NCBI RefSeq assembly: GCF_006345805.1
Contig: NC_043002.1
Coordinates: forward strand, 8,370,001 to 8,434,000
Source of the DNA: Octopus sinensis
Lineage: Eukaryota
DNA length: 64,000 bases
Direction of reading: 5' to 3'
Shown here: positions 1 through 11,885 of the stretch, in pieces
Layout: each line of letters begins with the position of its first letter
Position numbering within the stretch: the first letter of the stretch is position 1
Notes under the pieces: generated by a model
What the model was told of the DNA's origin: nothing
Seen by the model: only the letters and a program-made list of their open reading frames with translations
The model's database searches: none
Translations under genes and position numbers: made by a program

Positions 1-468
1 ATATTTTGATTACATTATCCTGGATACACACATTTTTCAATAGGGTTGTAATTTGAAGGTCAAGTGACCCCATAAATGTCCCCTGTTTGGCTCGAATCAA
101 AATTCAGTGATATATGATATAAGCACTAGGTTACTGGTATATTGTGTGGGAGATGATTGAGAGTCAGTGTATGATATTCATGCATTCTCAAATACATATT
201 AGTGGCATGAATGAATCAAATTGTCTTCATCTGGGAACTGAAACCACATCAGATATTTCTCTGGAAACTTATAGTTTCAGATACTCACCATAATGAATGC
301 AAAACAAACACACACACATTGTTTGGGTTGTTAATGTACCGTTCATTTTGGAAAACTTGTATTAATCCACAAAACTGAATCACACATTTGCCTTTACAAC
401 AAGAATCCAGAAAAATCACTTGGGTGTTTCTGTCTTTTTTTAGTCTTTGGAAACAGAAATTTTGTAAA

Positions 469-662
469 CTATAATAATAATAATAAAAATAATAATAATA
501 ATATTATTATTATTAATAATAATAATAAAATATAATTTACATTTCTAAAAATAAAAAAAAATCTTATCATACATACATACATACATACATACATACATAC
601 ACAGATGCATACATACATACATACACAGATGCATACATACATACATACATACACAGATGCAT

Positions 663-696
<34 letters not shown>

Positions 697-800
697 GTAC
701 ATACATACATACATACATACATACATACATACATACACACACACATATATACACACACACACACATATACATACATACATACACACACACATACATACAT
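469..800. repeat. Compound microsatellite (AAT)n, (TACA)n, (CA)n
   Basis: Directly visible simple repeats; they explain the low-complexity ORFs at 469-833. Confidence 0.95.
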
Positions 801-1057
801 AAAGAGAAAAAGTGAGAAAGAGCAGCAAGTCAAAAATTGGTTGACATCTAAGTGAAAAAGATTTTGCTATTTTTATCCTTTATTTTTCTTTCTATTTAAA
901 CAGTTTGAAGTTTATTGCTATTTTGTTGACATTAATAATGTTTACTGAACAGAACTTCAGCTTTTTCTTATTTATTCCTCAGTTATTTGAAACTTTCCAA
1001 ACCTAATATATAAAAAAAACATTAACAACCAAGTGAGAGCAAATGAGATGGTAGGGA

Positions 1058-1084
1058 AAGAGAGAGAGAAGGAATAAGAGTAGG

Positions 1085-1116
<32 letters not shown>

Positions 1117-1340
1117 AAACAGAATGGAGAGAGAGAGAGAGTGAGAGAGAGAGAGAGAGAAGGAAAACAGAATGGAGAAAGAGAGAGAAAAGGAAAACAG
1201 AATGGTGAGAGAGAGACAGAGAGAAAAGGAAAACAGAATGGTGAGAGAGAGAGAGAGAGGGAAAAGGAAAACAGAATGGAGAGAGAGAGAGAAAAGGAAA
1301 ACAGAATGGTGAGAGAGAGAGAGAGAGAAAAGGAAAACAG

Positions 1341-1372
<32 letters not shown>
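1058..1372. repeat. GA-rich minisatellite
   Basis: About 7 copies of GAAAAGGAAAACAGAATGG separated by variable (GA)n tracts. Confidence 0.9.
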
Positions 1373-1375
<3 letters not shown>

Positions 1376-1576
1376 AAATTGTATGATGTAAACAGAAATA
1401 GCCGAACAAATATAAAACGTGTTGCTCTTTAAAATTAATCATTTCAGCTGCATTAATAAGTAACGCAGGTTATTCAATTGTATTAATTAACCAGTTAATA
1501 AACAGCAGCCTTTAACACCATCTGTTTACGAATGAAAAGATATTTAGAAACACATGTGAAAGTATGCATTATTCAC

Positions 1577-1620
<44 letters not shown>

Positions 1621-1717
1621 GGAGTAAACACATAAATGTGAAACAAGGTGGAAAAAAGAGTACTCAAATACCAGTGGTAGAGTAATATGATTTATTTAAA
1701 GCAGCAGAAAATTCAAC

Positions 1718-1765
1718 AAAATCTGTTACTCTGAGTTTCTCGTTGAAGTTCATCAGACAGTTTTT
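1718..1765 (-). ncRNA. Minimal type I hammerhead motif (inverted copy, weaker stem II)
   Basis: Reverse-complement copy of 1792-1839; stem II reads ACUUCAACGA. Confidence 0.55.
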
Positions 1766-1791
1766 GCTAGTTCATCAGACAGTTTTCTAGC

Positions 1792-1839
1792 AAAAACTGT
1801 CTGATGAACGGCAACGAGAAACTCAGAGTAACAGATTTT
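1792..1839 (+). ncRNA. Minimal type I hammerhead ribozyme motif
   Basis: AAAAACUGU-CUGAUGA(1801-1807)-ACG GCAA CGA-GAAAC(1818-1822)-UCAGA-GUA(1828-1830)-ACAGAUUUU. Stem I has 8 of 9 bp and stem III is the near-palindrome ACUC-A-GAGU. Confidence 0.75.
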
Positions 1840-1866
1840 GTTGAATTTTCTGCTGCTTTAAATAAA

Positions 1867-1919
<53 letters not shown>

Positions 1920-1923
<4 letters not shown>

Positions 1924-2235
1924 GAAAAAAACCCACCTTTTATCAATTCAAAATGAAGAATTAAATTACACCATCTAGAAAATTACATATAATAGAAATA
2001 TTAAAATTAAAATAACAATAAAATATCAATGATTAAGTAAATTGCAAAAAAAATAATAAAAACGTATATAATTGGTTTTTATCATTTATATATGTTTTTA
2101 TTATATTTTTTTTGCAATTTACTTAATCATTGATATTTTATTGTTATTTTAATTTTAATATTTCTATTATATGTAATTTTCTAGATGGTGTAATTTAATT
2201 CTTCATTTTGAATTGATAAAAGGTGGTTTTTTTTC

Positions 2236-2239
<4 letters not shown>
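1920..2239. repeat. Long AT-rich fold-back (about 150-bp arms)
   Basis: 1920-2070 and 2087-2239 are near-perfect reverse complements with a 16-nt spacer, flanked by (TA)n. Confidence 0.9.
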
Positions 2240-2281
<42 letters not shown>

Positions 2282-2363
2282 TGTGTGAAATTTGATTTAG
2301 TATGCCTAAATTGAATTTTTTTCCCTGTAAGTTTGGATTTATATTCCCTCAAATAATTATATA

Positions 2364-2419
<56 letters not shown>

Positions 2420-3049
2420 TGTCATTACATTCTAGCATTCTTCAGATGTTAGGTGAGTAGTGAATTAGTCATCCAGCTTACTAGATCTGAAGCAAAGCAA
2501 ACTACCCAACACCAGCTATAAGCTTCTTGTTTGAACAATATTCTGAAGTATGGGTTTAGGAAAATGACCCAACAACCAGCCTGAGAAGTGGGTCAAGATT
2601 TATAGGGTACCCATCATTAACCCATTTCTTACCATATTTCTACTGAAACACATCCTTGTTAATTAATTTTGAAAATAAAGGAAAATACAGTAAATTTACT
2701 TTGCTCTTTTAACCAGATGCTTGGAACAAAATTAAAAGAAATTTTCATAGGAAAAGAAATAAAGCAGACGGTACCACCATTATTGTGCCTGTTTTTCCAT
2801 GCAGGATTTGCATGGAGGAACAAGCTAGAAATTTGGAGTGAGGGGTTTAGTCATTTAAAATGACTTCAAAACTTAATTAGTAATTAATTTAGAAAGATGA
2901 AATTCAAAACTGACCTCGGTGCAATTTGAACCCAGAATATAAAGTGTTACAGTAAAATACAGTAATACAGTTTTGTTTACTGCTTTAATAATTATTCCAA
3001 ATCGCTGCTGTTAACAACAACAAAAACAACAATAATAATGGTGTTACCT

Positions 3050-3250
3050 TTTGCACAAGGCCAGCAATTTCGGGGGAGTGGGTAAGTTGATTACATTGAC
3101 CCCAGTACTTAACTGGTACTTATTTTATTGACCCCCAAAAATGAAAGTCAAAGTTGACTTTGGTGAAATTTGAACTGAGAACATAAAGATGGACAAAATT
3201 TCACTGAGTATTTTGCCTAGTGTGCTAACAGTTCTGCCAGCTCACAACCC
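3050..3250 (-). mobile_element. Degenerate SINE family B
   Basis: Matches the reverse complement of the family B core (gaccccagt...actggtact...aaaggatgaaaggcaaagt). Confidence 0.65.
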
Positions 3251-3372
3251 TAATAATAATGATAATAAAAATAGTAAAAGATGGGCTACAGCAAGTATTC
3301 TGCTCAATACCACAGATTTGCTTGTTAATTGTTTGACCTTAACCTGTCGAGCATGTGGCAAAAAAATATCCT

Positions 3373-3944
3373 CGTTTTAAACAGATATTTCCTCAGCTGC
3401 TTATTGTAGCCTTTAGACGGAATAAGAATATAAGGGAATTATTGACCTTTATATCTGACTCCAAGAAAATGAACATTGGAGAATCTGCACGTTGTACTTT
3501 AAAGAATAGCCCTGTTCATTGTGCAACAGCATGAGTGAAGTGAATTCCATCAGGAATCATAACAGAAATGTTATGATTTATACAGAAGGTGGAACATGTA
3601 AAGATTCCCATTTGGTGTATGCTGCAGAATGCACGAAACACAATTTAATTTATGTTGGTTGTACAACAGAACAATTAAACAAAAGGTTTAATGGGCACAG
3701 ATTTGACATCAGGCACAATAACAGTAGTTCGACAGAACTTGCAGAACATTTCATTTCAAGCGGCTGCAATTTTGAAGAAGACTTGAAAGTGCATATTCTC
3801 AGAAAATATTCTGAATCTGCTTCAATTTCACTTCTCAGAATGTATGAGAAGAAATATGTTTGCAGGTTATTAACATCACGCCCTGGAGGAATGAATAAGA
3901 TGACAGGAGAATATCATCAAATTTATACAAAACTGTTTGATTAA
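3373..3944 (+). pseudogene. Penelope-like element ORF 3' part (RT thumb/linker plus GIY-YIG endonuclease), frameshifted
   Basis: IFPQLLIVAFRRNKNIRELL (PLE linker motif) shifts into ORF 3519-3944 with HLVYAAECTKHNLIYVGCTTEQLNKRFNGHR...ELAEHF (GIY-YIG). A 3' UTR and (AAT)n follow to about 4240. Confidence 0.85.
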
Positions 3945-4240
3945 ATATTCTTCTTTCTCTCTTTTTCTTTCCTTTTTTCTGTTGTTTTCTTTTTTCTATT
4001 TTTTCTGTCTTTTTTGTTTTGGCTGTTATAAAATTGTAACTTAAAAACTGATGATGTCATTCCATCAACGTGAGGACACTGGTTGCTCTCATTCATACTT
4101 TATGTTTAAATTTCTGTAATTTTGAATTTTTATAACTTCTTATTTTCAACTTGACAAAGACAGACGTACTGTTGAAATATCATTCAACTAATAAAATATC
4201 TTATCAAATCACGCTCTTCGTCTTAATAATAATAATAATA

Positions 4241-4770
4241 AATGCTCTGATGCAGTACCAGGTAGTGGCTCTCATGGCTTCTCATCCTACCTGATTAGAA
4301 GTGCTATCATGTACATTGTTTTGTCTTAGTATATAGAAGATGGGCTACAGCAAATATTCTGCTGAATACCACAGATTTGTTTCACCTTAACCTTAGTGGC
4401 TGATGATATGTGCATCTCTGATCATGAGCAGAAGTAGTAGGGGAGCATCATAGCCATGTGTTGAGAGGAATTCTTTGGGGTTTGGCTAATTCACTTCTGG
4501 AAGCATGGGTGTTTCATTCAACATCCTTAAATAGACCTTATTCAGGGACCTTTTGAGAGGGATGTGCTACTCAATCTGAAGAGAGTTCTTACTGGGCCCC
4601 ACCTGCAAGGTCATGCACTGTTAACCTTGGTACAAGATCACCATGTTGCGCACATGTGGCGCATGTGCCTGGTGTACCCGTATCAGATGGGTGTTGTCAT
4701 GATAGGTATACTGGGTTTCGTATATTTGTACCTCAGTGTCACTTTGATGGCATACACTGCTCTCTCACTC
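4241..4770 (+). mobile_element. Interspersed repeat family D (about 530 bp) embedded in (AAT)n
   Basis: Reverse-complement homolog at 61966-62520; (AAT)n on both sides of both copies. Confidence 0.8.
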
Positions 4771-6204
4771 AATAATAATAATAATAATTAATTTGTTTAT
4801 TGGCCACAAGGACTAACAAAAATCAATTAAAACATAAAGGGACAAAACACAGGACGAAAGTTACAAAGGGTTTTGTCCATTTGAAAAAAGGTCCGTGTAC
4901 AAAAGCAGGATAACAACGAAGTGTAAGTAACAATCAAAACTCCCTTAATAGGGGGAGGCGCTTCGAAAGGTTACTCGTGGAAAAACCCATAAAAGCCACG
5001 GGAGCCTGGTCAAAAAGGGGGGGGTAGAGAGCCCCTTTATCCTTAACAATAATAATGGTTTGTAATTCATGCACAAGACCAACAATTTTGAGGGGAGGGG
5101 TTAGTCATCAAGCCCAGTCCTTGACTTGTATTTTAGGTGAAGTTGAACATAGTGAAACTTGAACTTATATTGTAAAGTGCTAGAAGAAATGCAAGAAAGC
5201 ATTTTTCCTGATACACTTTGAATTCTACCATCTTCACAATAATTCTGATTCCTTACATAGGGACAAAGCCTTATATTTTTAGGGGAGGAAACTGCTGATT
5301 ATATCAACCCTAGTAATTTAACATACATACGTTTTATAAAATAAGAAAAATAATAATAATAATGATAAATTTCAAATATGTATGTTTATAATGAGAAAAA
5401 AAAAACGGGGCCAACTAATAAATATGCATTTCTGAATGCAAAAAACACTTAGTGATAAGTAATTAAGTAGTAAGCCTGGCTGACAAAACTAGATAACAAG
5501 CTTCGAGCAATGGCTTAAAAAAACCCCAAATAAATAAACGTTATTTAGTCAATCTATAAGTATGAACACACACACGAGAATATATTTGCATGTGTCTGTG
5601 TTGTGTGTGTCTCTGTGTATGAGAAGAACTAAACTATTTAATCAGCATTTTCTCAATGGTACGAGGGCTCTTAGCAACAGAAATATGGGCATGTGGATAG
5701 GATGAGAAGGAAAAGAACCAAATAATAACAGCAACAACAACATAAAATGCTTGGATAATAAATAAATAAATAATTAAAAGTTGGAAAGGTAAAGAAAACG
5801 AAAATAAAACGAAATGAAGAAAAACACACGAATATTATCTTCTGCAAAAACAAAACAAAAATAAAGGTCTTTTAGTTACCAGCCACATTTGTAAATCTCA
5901 GCTATCTCCTAATTTCTAAAATTACCTCTATATTTTGTTTTTTTTTGATATTTTTGTTTTTTATTTTAACATGTCTGAACTGTAAAAAAAAATAAAAACG
6001 AATCCAAAGAGTTTGGTTCTACAGCTAAAAAAAGATCTAAAATTAACGAATCTTCACAAATGAGTGACAACCTGGCAGTTTGTTGATGGAAATCACATTT
6101 TAAGAATATCTTACTAAGCAAACAGCAAATAGGATCATTTGGTTTCGATTTGGAAATTATTATTATTTTTATAATTTATTTTTTTAATGTTCCTATTTGC
6201 TATA

Positions 6205-6880
6205 GGCACAAGAGTGGCTGTGTGGTAAGTAGCTTGCTTACCAACCACATGGTTCTGGGTTCAGTTCCACTGTGTGGCACCTTGGGCAAGTGTCTTCTAC
6301 TATAGGCTCAGGCCAACCAAAGCCTTGTGAGTGGATTCGGTAGACGGAAACTGAAAGAAGCCCGTCGTATACATGTATCATCATCATCGTTTAACGTCCG
6401 TTTTCCATGCTAGCATGGGTTGGACGGTTCGACTGGGGTCTGGGAAGCCAGGAGGCTGCACCAGGCTCCAGTCTGATCTGGCAGTGTTTCTACAGCTGGA
6501 TGCCTTTCCTAACGCCAACCACTCCGTGTGTGTAGTGGGTGCATTTTACGTTCCACCGGCACAGGAGCCAGGGGAGTCTGGCAGCGGCCACGATCGGTTG
6601 GTGCTTTTAACGTGCCACCGGCATGGAAGCCAGTCAAGGTGGCGCTGGCATCAGCCACAGGTGGCGCTGTGTGTGTGTTTGTGCATTTGTGTTTGTCCCC
6701 CCAACAGCGCTTGACAACCGATGCTGGTGTGTTTACGTCCCCATAACTTAGGAGTTCGGCAGAAGAGACCGATAGAATAAGTACTAGGCTTACAAAGAAT
6801 AAGTCCTGGGGTCGATTTGCTTGACTGAAGGTGGTGCTCCAGCATGGCCGCAGTCTAATGACTGAAACAAGTAAAAGAGT
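6205..6880 (+). mobile_element. tRNA-derived SINE family A, split by a family C insertion
   Basis: Head ggcacaagagtggctgtgtggtaag...gggttcagttcc, CORE-like ccttgggcaagt, tail gactgaaacaagtaaaagag. Confidence 0.85.
6376..6660 (-). mobile_element. Repeat family C (RTE-associated 3' region, (GAT)n tail)
   Basis: Conserved block ccatgctagcatgg...gatgcc(c/t)ttcctaacgccaaccactcc plus about 60-bp modules; further module fragments at 6905-7050. Confidence 0.85.
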
Positions 6881-7607
6881 TCATATGTTGTTTAACATCA
6901 AGGTCAGTGTGGATTTGGCCATGATCGGTTAGTGCTTTTTACGTGCCACCGGCACGGAAGCCAGTCAAGGTGGTGCTGGCATCGACCACATACGGATGGT
7001 GCTTTTTACGTACCACCAGCACAGATGCCAGGGGAGGCTGGCAACGGCCACATAAATAAATATATATATATATATAAGTAAAGGGGATTAAGATATGCAT
7101 GTGTGTGTATATAAAATATATATATTTATACCCTTACATATAATATGCACACACATTTTCTTTTGTGGAGTGAACTCAGTAAAAACAAAGAGTATATTTA
7201 TGGCATCAAGTACACAAAAGGGACTCAAAAATAAATTAGCATTCACTGTATCTACATGTACACACACAAAGGCCAAAATAGATAAACCTTTGGAGTATTA
7301 CTGTTGAAAAAGTATGTAATTCTGCATGTTAAGCATGCTGTCAATATGCATTAAACTGGCATTCACTGACGAAGTGCAACATTCATTGAATTGTTGCACA
7401 GAAACTCAGTCCTGAATGTACGAGTTTCATATCTGTGTCAATAAATTTAGTCTTCTATTTCCAAAGACATTGAGGCCAAATTCTTTTGTTGTTACATGTG
7501 GTTTGTCAATATATATATATATATAACAAAGTGAAGTTGTAAGGTATCGCACAAGTGGAATTATATATGAAAGAAGGTTTGAAAATGCAATTTTAAAAGA
7601 TGTTTAT

Positions 7608-7653
7608 TCACTTGACCGGTTTCACTTTTTTAGAAAAAGTTTGTCAAAAGTGA
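7608..7653 (-). ncRNA. Minimal type I hammerhead ribozyme, U3-A8 core variant
   Basis: UCACUU-UUGACAA-ACUUUUU CUA AAAAAGU-GAAAC-CG-GUC-AAGUGA. Perfect 6-bp stem I, 7-bp stem II, palindromic stem III ACCGGU, GUC cleavage triplet. Confidence 0.75.
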
Positions 7654-7926
7654 CATGTAAAAGCTTTGTTGTGTTAGGTACTGGTTGTCACAAAATATTA
7701 CAATATATATATATACATTCTTTGATAATAATAAGAAAATGTTAAAACAGTTTACAAGGGAAAATCTTGGGAAAATATAAAAAAATTTAAAAGTTCATTT
7801 TAATATTTTCCCAAGATTTTTCTTTGTAAACTGTTTTTAACATGTTCTTATTATTATCAAAGAATGTATATATGTATTGTAATAAGTTGTGACAACCAGT
7901 ACCTAACACAACAAAGCTTTTACATG

Positions 7927-7972
7927 TTACTTTTGACAATCATTTTCTAAAATAGTGAAACCGGTCAAGTAA
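7927..7972 (+). ncRNA. Minimal type I hammerhead, U3-A8 variant (inverted copy)
   Basis: UUACUU-UUGACAA-...-GAAAC-CG-GUC-AAGUAA. Stem I stays fully paired through a double substitution; stem II is eroded. Confidence 0.6.
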
Positions 7973-8539
7973 ATAAACATCTTTTAAAATTGCATTTTCA
8001 AACCTTCTTTCATATATATATATATATATACACAAACACACACACACCAGGCTTACTACCCAGCCTTACCCGATAACATATTCACAGAATTGTTTGCCAG
8101 TTTGTAGAATGGGAATTCACAGTATTTATGCGTGTATATATATTTAACCTAACTTCTGGACTTATTTAATTGGAACTATCCAAACAATAGTAATCAATTT
8201 ACGCGAGGAGAAACCATTTTTTTAAACAATTTTTATCCTGAAAATCACCTGTTACTTTTGTTTTAAAGTGAAAGAGAGGAGAAAGGGAAAGATGTAGGAG
8301 TGTGTATATGAAATGGACTTGTGTGCATGTGTGAGTGAGTGAGAGAGAGAGTGCCACTTACACATACATGAGAACACACACGTTCACTCACTCACTCACT
8401 CTCTCTTATCTATAAAACCATCAAAAGCTTGTTTATTTTTATGGTTTTTGATTTATTATTAGTGTTGCAAAATAAGTTTTGCTAAAATTGCTGTTTCCTT
8501 TCAGATATCATCAGAAAAGGCTAATTAAAATTCATTCAA

Positions 8540-8870
8540 ATGACAGATCTATCGGACTTTCAAAGAGGTCAAATCGTTGGTGCTCGTATGGCAGGCGCCA
8601 GTGTAATGAAAACAGCCAAAATACTTGGTGTATCAAGAAATACTATCTTGAAAGTAATGACAGCTCTGGAAGAAAACCAAAACTTTCAGATAAGGACTGT
8701 CAGGTTCTTACGCGAATTGTTAGAAAGGATCACAAAAGTACAGCTCCCAAAATTACTGCACAATTTAATGACCACCTTGAGAATCCAGTTTCCACAAAAA
8801 CTGTTCGCTGGGAGCTGCACAAAGCCAGATTTCATGGAAGGGCTGCAATCAGAAAACCACTATTTTCAAA
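8540..8870 (+). pseudogene. Tc1-family transposase N-terminal remnant
   Basis: MTDLSDFQRGQIVGARMAGASV... frameshifts to SGRKPKLSDKD...VSTKTVRWELHKARFHGRAAIRKPL (paired-like HTH region of Tc1 transposases). Confidence 0.88.
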
Positions 8871-8886
8871 ATGGAAATATCTTTTC

Positions 8887-9387
8887 TTTGTGAACCTCTC
8901 AATGGCAATGACTAGGGTAGCTGGTACTTTTGCCAAGTGCACACTTTAACAGCCACAAGTGAGGATTAAAATTGAATTCCTTCCTATAATCAAATCATAC
9001 ATTCAAATTAGATGTTCACAAGGTTTTTGCAGTGTTTCCTTACTTTGGACAGCACAGTTTGTATTTCATACATATGTATGTATGCATGTGTGTGTGCATG
9101 TATGCATGCATGCATACATACATGGTAGCTGACCCCTCGTTATCGAGTATGGCCATTGCACGAAGCTTAACTGTTATTGGTGCTGTGATTGAATGTGACT
9201 TTTTAGCCCAGCTAAAGATCTACAATGTTTTGTACAAAGCATCCATCCATCCATACATACATACATACCGAATATATGATTTGATTATAGGAAGGCATTC
9301 AATTCTAATCCTCACTTGTGGCTGTTAAAGTGTGCTCTTGGCAAAAGTACCAGCTACCCTAGCCATTGCCACTGAGAGGCTCATAAA
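8887..9387. mobile_element. MITE-like element with about 87-bp terminal inverted repeats
   Basis: 8887-8973 is the reverse complement of 9301-9387; non-coding interior. Confidence 0.7.
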
Positions 9388-10257
9388 GCCCTAGACAACA
9401 ATCTTCACATTTAAAACAGTCAATGGAATGATCATCTCTAATGTTCCAATTATTTCAAAGGGAATATTCCAAGGTGGTAGTCTTTCTGTGATTCTGTTTA
9501 TTTTGGCATTAACTCTGTTATCATTTCTGTTACAAAAGTCAAAAGGCTACAACGCTAGATCTGCTTCTCATAGAGATACCAATGTAGCCCATAATTTCTT
9601 TGTGGATGACCTACAGATATATATACCACAAATGTTAACAATGCCAAAAGATAAAGCTGGAATTTGGCCAAGAGAAAGGTTTGTGTTTGATTATTAAATG
9701 TGGAAAATCAGTACCCTGATTCCAAAACCTGTGCATTAATAGTCTCTCTATCTTGCCTGTTCCTCACAAAAAATGCTACAAATGCCTAGGTACTGATGAA
9801 AATATATCACACAAAAGTACTGAGAACAAAGATGGAAAAGCCTGAGAATGTTACACTGAACTTAGAAAAATATGGCAGTTGGATCTCTCTTCATACAACA
9901 AGACAATATCCCAGTACCAGTTCCTGCACTACTCTGTGGAAGAAATCCATTCCTTAGACATTAAAACCTGCAGGATCCTGACATCAACTAGAAACTGCCA
10001 CAGAAACAGTGGTATTGATAGACATTAGGAAAAGATGAAGGAGGCGGAGGCTTGAGATTCAGGACAGTCTCCAAATATCTCATACTGCATCTCTCAGACA
10101 GTAAGGAACAGCAACCAAACAACAGCAGCCAAAATAAATATATAAACTCAATGTTGGAAAGCAAAGAACTATATCCTATATGTCGGTAGCAAGCTCCTCA
10201 AGAAGTACTCCCTTATGGATCTTCCATACAACCCCAAAACAACTGGGCTAACATAAC

Positions 10258-10487
10258 TTAACCCTTTAGCGTTCAGATCATTCTGTCAAATGTAATGCTT
10301 ATTTAACGCATATTGTTTTGAATTAAAAATGCATTTTCATGTAGCTTCAAGATTTCGATGATGCGATTGTTTATTTGTAAGAATGACATTATAGGGTCTG
10401 TGTGAGAGGCTGGATCTGGCCAATTTGAACATAAAACAAGTAGAACATTTCAGCTGGATATGGCCGGTTTAAATGCTAAAGGGTTAA
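10258..10487. mobile_element. piggyBac-type MITE (TTAA ends)
   Basis: TTAA-CCCTTTAGC...GCTAAAGGG-TTAA; second copy at 13058-13264. Confidence 0.85.
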
Positions 10488-11039
10488 AGAACAGCTGGAT
10501 GTGAAGTGCTTGGTAAAAAAACTATGCATGGGTATGTTTTCCAAAGACTTGAAGATAACACTAATATTAACATGAAGTGTAGTCTTCTTGGACTTGTGGT
10601 TATTACATCACATCACTTCAAAGGCTAAGCATTTGCAATCCAAGAGTAGCAGACTGCTACAAAATACCTTTTGATGCAACCCAAAATGTCTATTATGGCA
10701 CATTTCTGAGGAAGACCTCTTAAATTATTAGCAGCTACCTCAAAATGTCATGATGTTCTTGCTAAACAATATACAATGTCAATCAAAAAAGAGGTATTGT
10801 CATGGGAAAAATATAAAGAATACTCCCAACACAAGGAACATTGGTGGAAAATTCCGATAAAAACTTCTCTTAAATGCAAACAATGATATCATTGGGACAG
10901 ATACGAAAATGCATGTACCATCATAGAGGTCGGCTGCCCTGCTGATGGGAATGTCTTTTTGAAAAATCAAAGAGAAAGAGGATAACTATGGATAACAACT
11001 TCAGGAACTTCAGCTTCTATACCCAGATTATAAATTCAT

Positions 11040-11254
11040 ATTTTCGCCAGCCTCGTCTGGCACCTGTGTCGGTGGCACATAAAATCACCCACTACACTCT
11101 CGGAGTGGTTGGCGTTAGGAAGGGCATCCAGCTGTAGAAACACTGCCAGATCTGACTGGCCTGGTGCAGCCTTCGGGCTTCCCAGACCCCAGTTGAACCG
11201 TCCAACCCATGCTAGCATGGAAAGCGGACGTTAAACGATGATGATGATGATGAT
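11040..11254 (+). mobile_element. Repeat family C inserted in the R4-like element
   Basis: Family C tail block ending in (GAT)n. Confidence 0.85.
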
Positions 11255-11622
11255 ATTTACACCAATAAGGTTTTGTGAGTATATGCCTGAGTAACAAACT
11301 GGATAAGCTAAGGTTTTCAGAAAAATTAATCAGCCAGCAAATTTGCATGTTACAATTACAGTCTGTAAAGGAACTGTAAAAACGTGCAATAATTTTCTTG
11401 AGTTTACAATCTGACAGTTTTTGTTATCTACATTCTGATAATGGTGTTTTGTATTTTTTTCTTTTTAGAAATCAGCACCTTCTTTATAGAACAAATGAAT
11501 AAACAAACAAACAAACATCCATCCATCCAACCAAACACACACACACACGGTTCTCTGTCTCTCTTAAGAATAGCATTAATGGAATTCTTATTCCAAGATA
11601 TCTTATATATATACACATATAT

Positions 11623-11885
11623 ATCATCATCATCTAGCGTCCGCTTTCCATGCTAGCATGGGTTGGACGGTTCAACTGGGGTCTGTGAAGCCAGAAGGCT
11701 GCATCAGGCTCCAGTCAGATCTGGCAGTGTTTCTACGTCTGGATGCCCTTCCTAACACCAACCACTCCGTGAGTGTAGTGGGTGCTTTTTACGTGCCACC
11801 CGCACAGGTGCCAAACGGCCACAAACGGATGGTGCTTTTATGTGTCACCGGCACGGGGGGCCAGGCGAGGCTGGCAACGGCCACT
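11623..11885 (-). mobile_element. Repeat family C
   Basis: Family C tail block. Confidence 0.85.

Larger units (their letters stand above)
1621..1866 (-). mobile_element. Fold-back PLE-type 3' end fragment carrying hammerhead motifs, between (TA)n tracts
   Basis: Inverted arms 1691-1770 and 1787-1866. Each arm has an HHR motif followed by AATAAA. (TA)n lies on both sides. Confidence 0.7.
7520..8018 (-). mobile_element. Fold-back PLE-type end with U3-A8 hammerheads
   Basis: Inverted arms about 7562-7778 and 7803-8018, flanked by (TA)n; HHR then AATAAA in each arm. Confidence 0.75.
9400..11410 (+). mobile_element. Decayed R4/Dong-like (RLE-type) non-LTR retrotransposon
   Basis: RT motifs GIFQGGSLSVILFILAL and HNFFVDDLQIY; Zn-knuckle-region remnant (ATKY...CNPKCL...HDVLAKQY) near 10660-10770; RLE-like IIEVGCPADGNV near 10920; C-terminal LQSVKGTVKTC near 11350-11390. 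Many stops and frameshifts, two insertions. Confidence 0.75.

Noticed and set aside
469-1442. ORFs rich in YVCM or ER repeats
   Set aside because: Microsatellite and minisatellite translations.
4040-4070. Other isolated CTGATGA hits (4048, ~4400, ~8510, ~9795, ~16203, ~53510, ~63380)
   Set aside because: No properly spaced GAAA, NUH site and stems.
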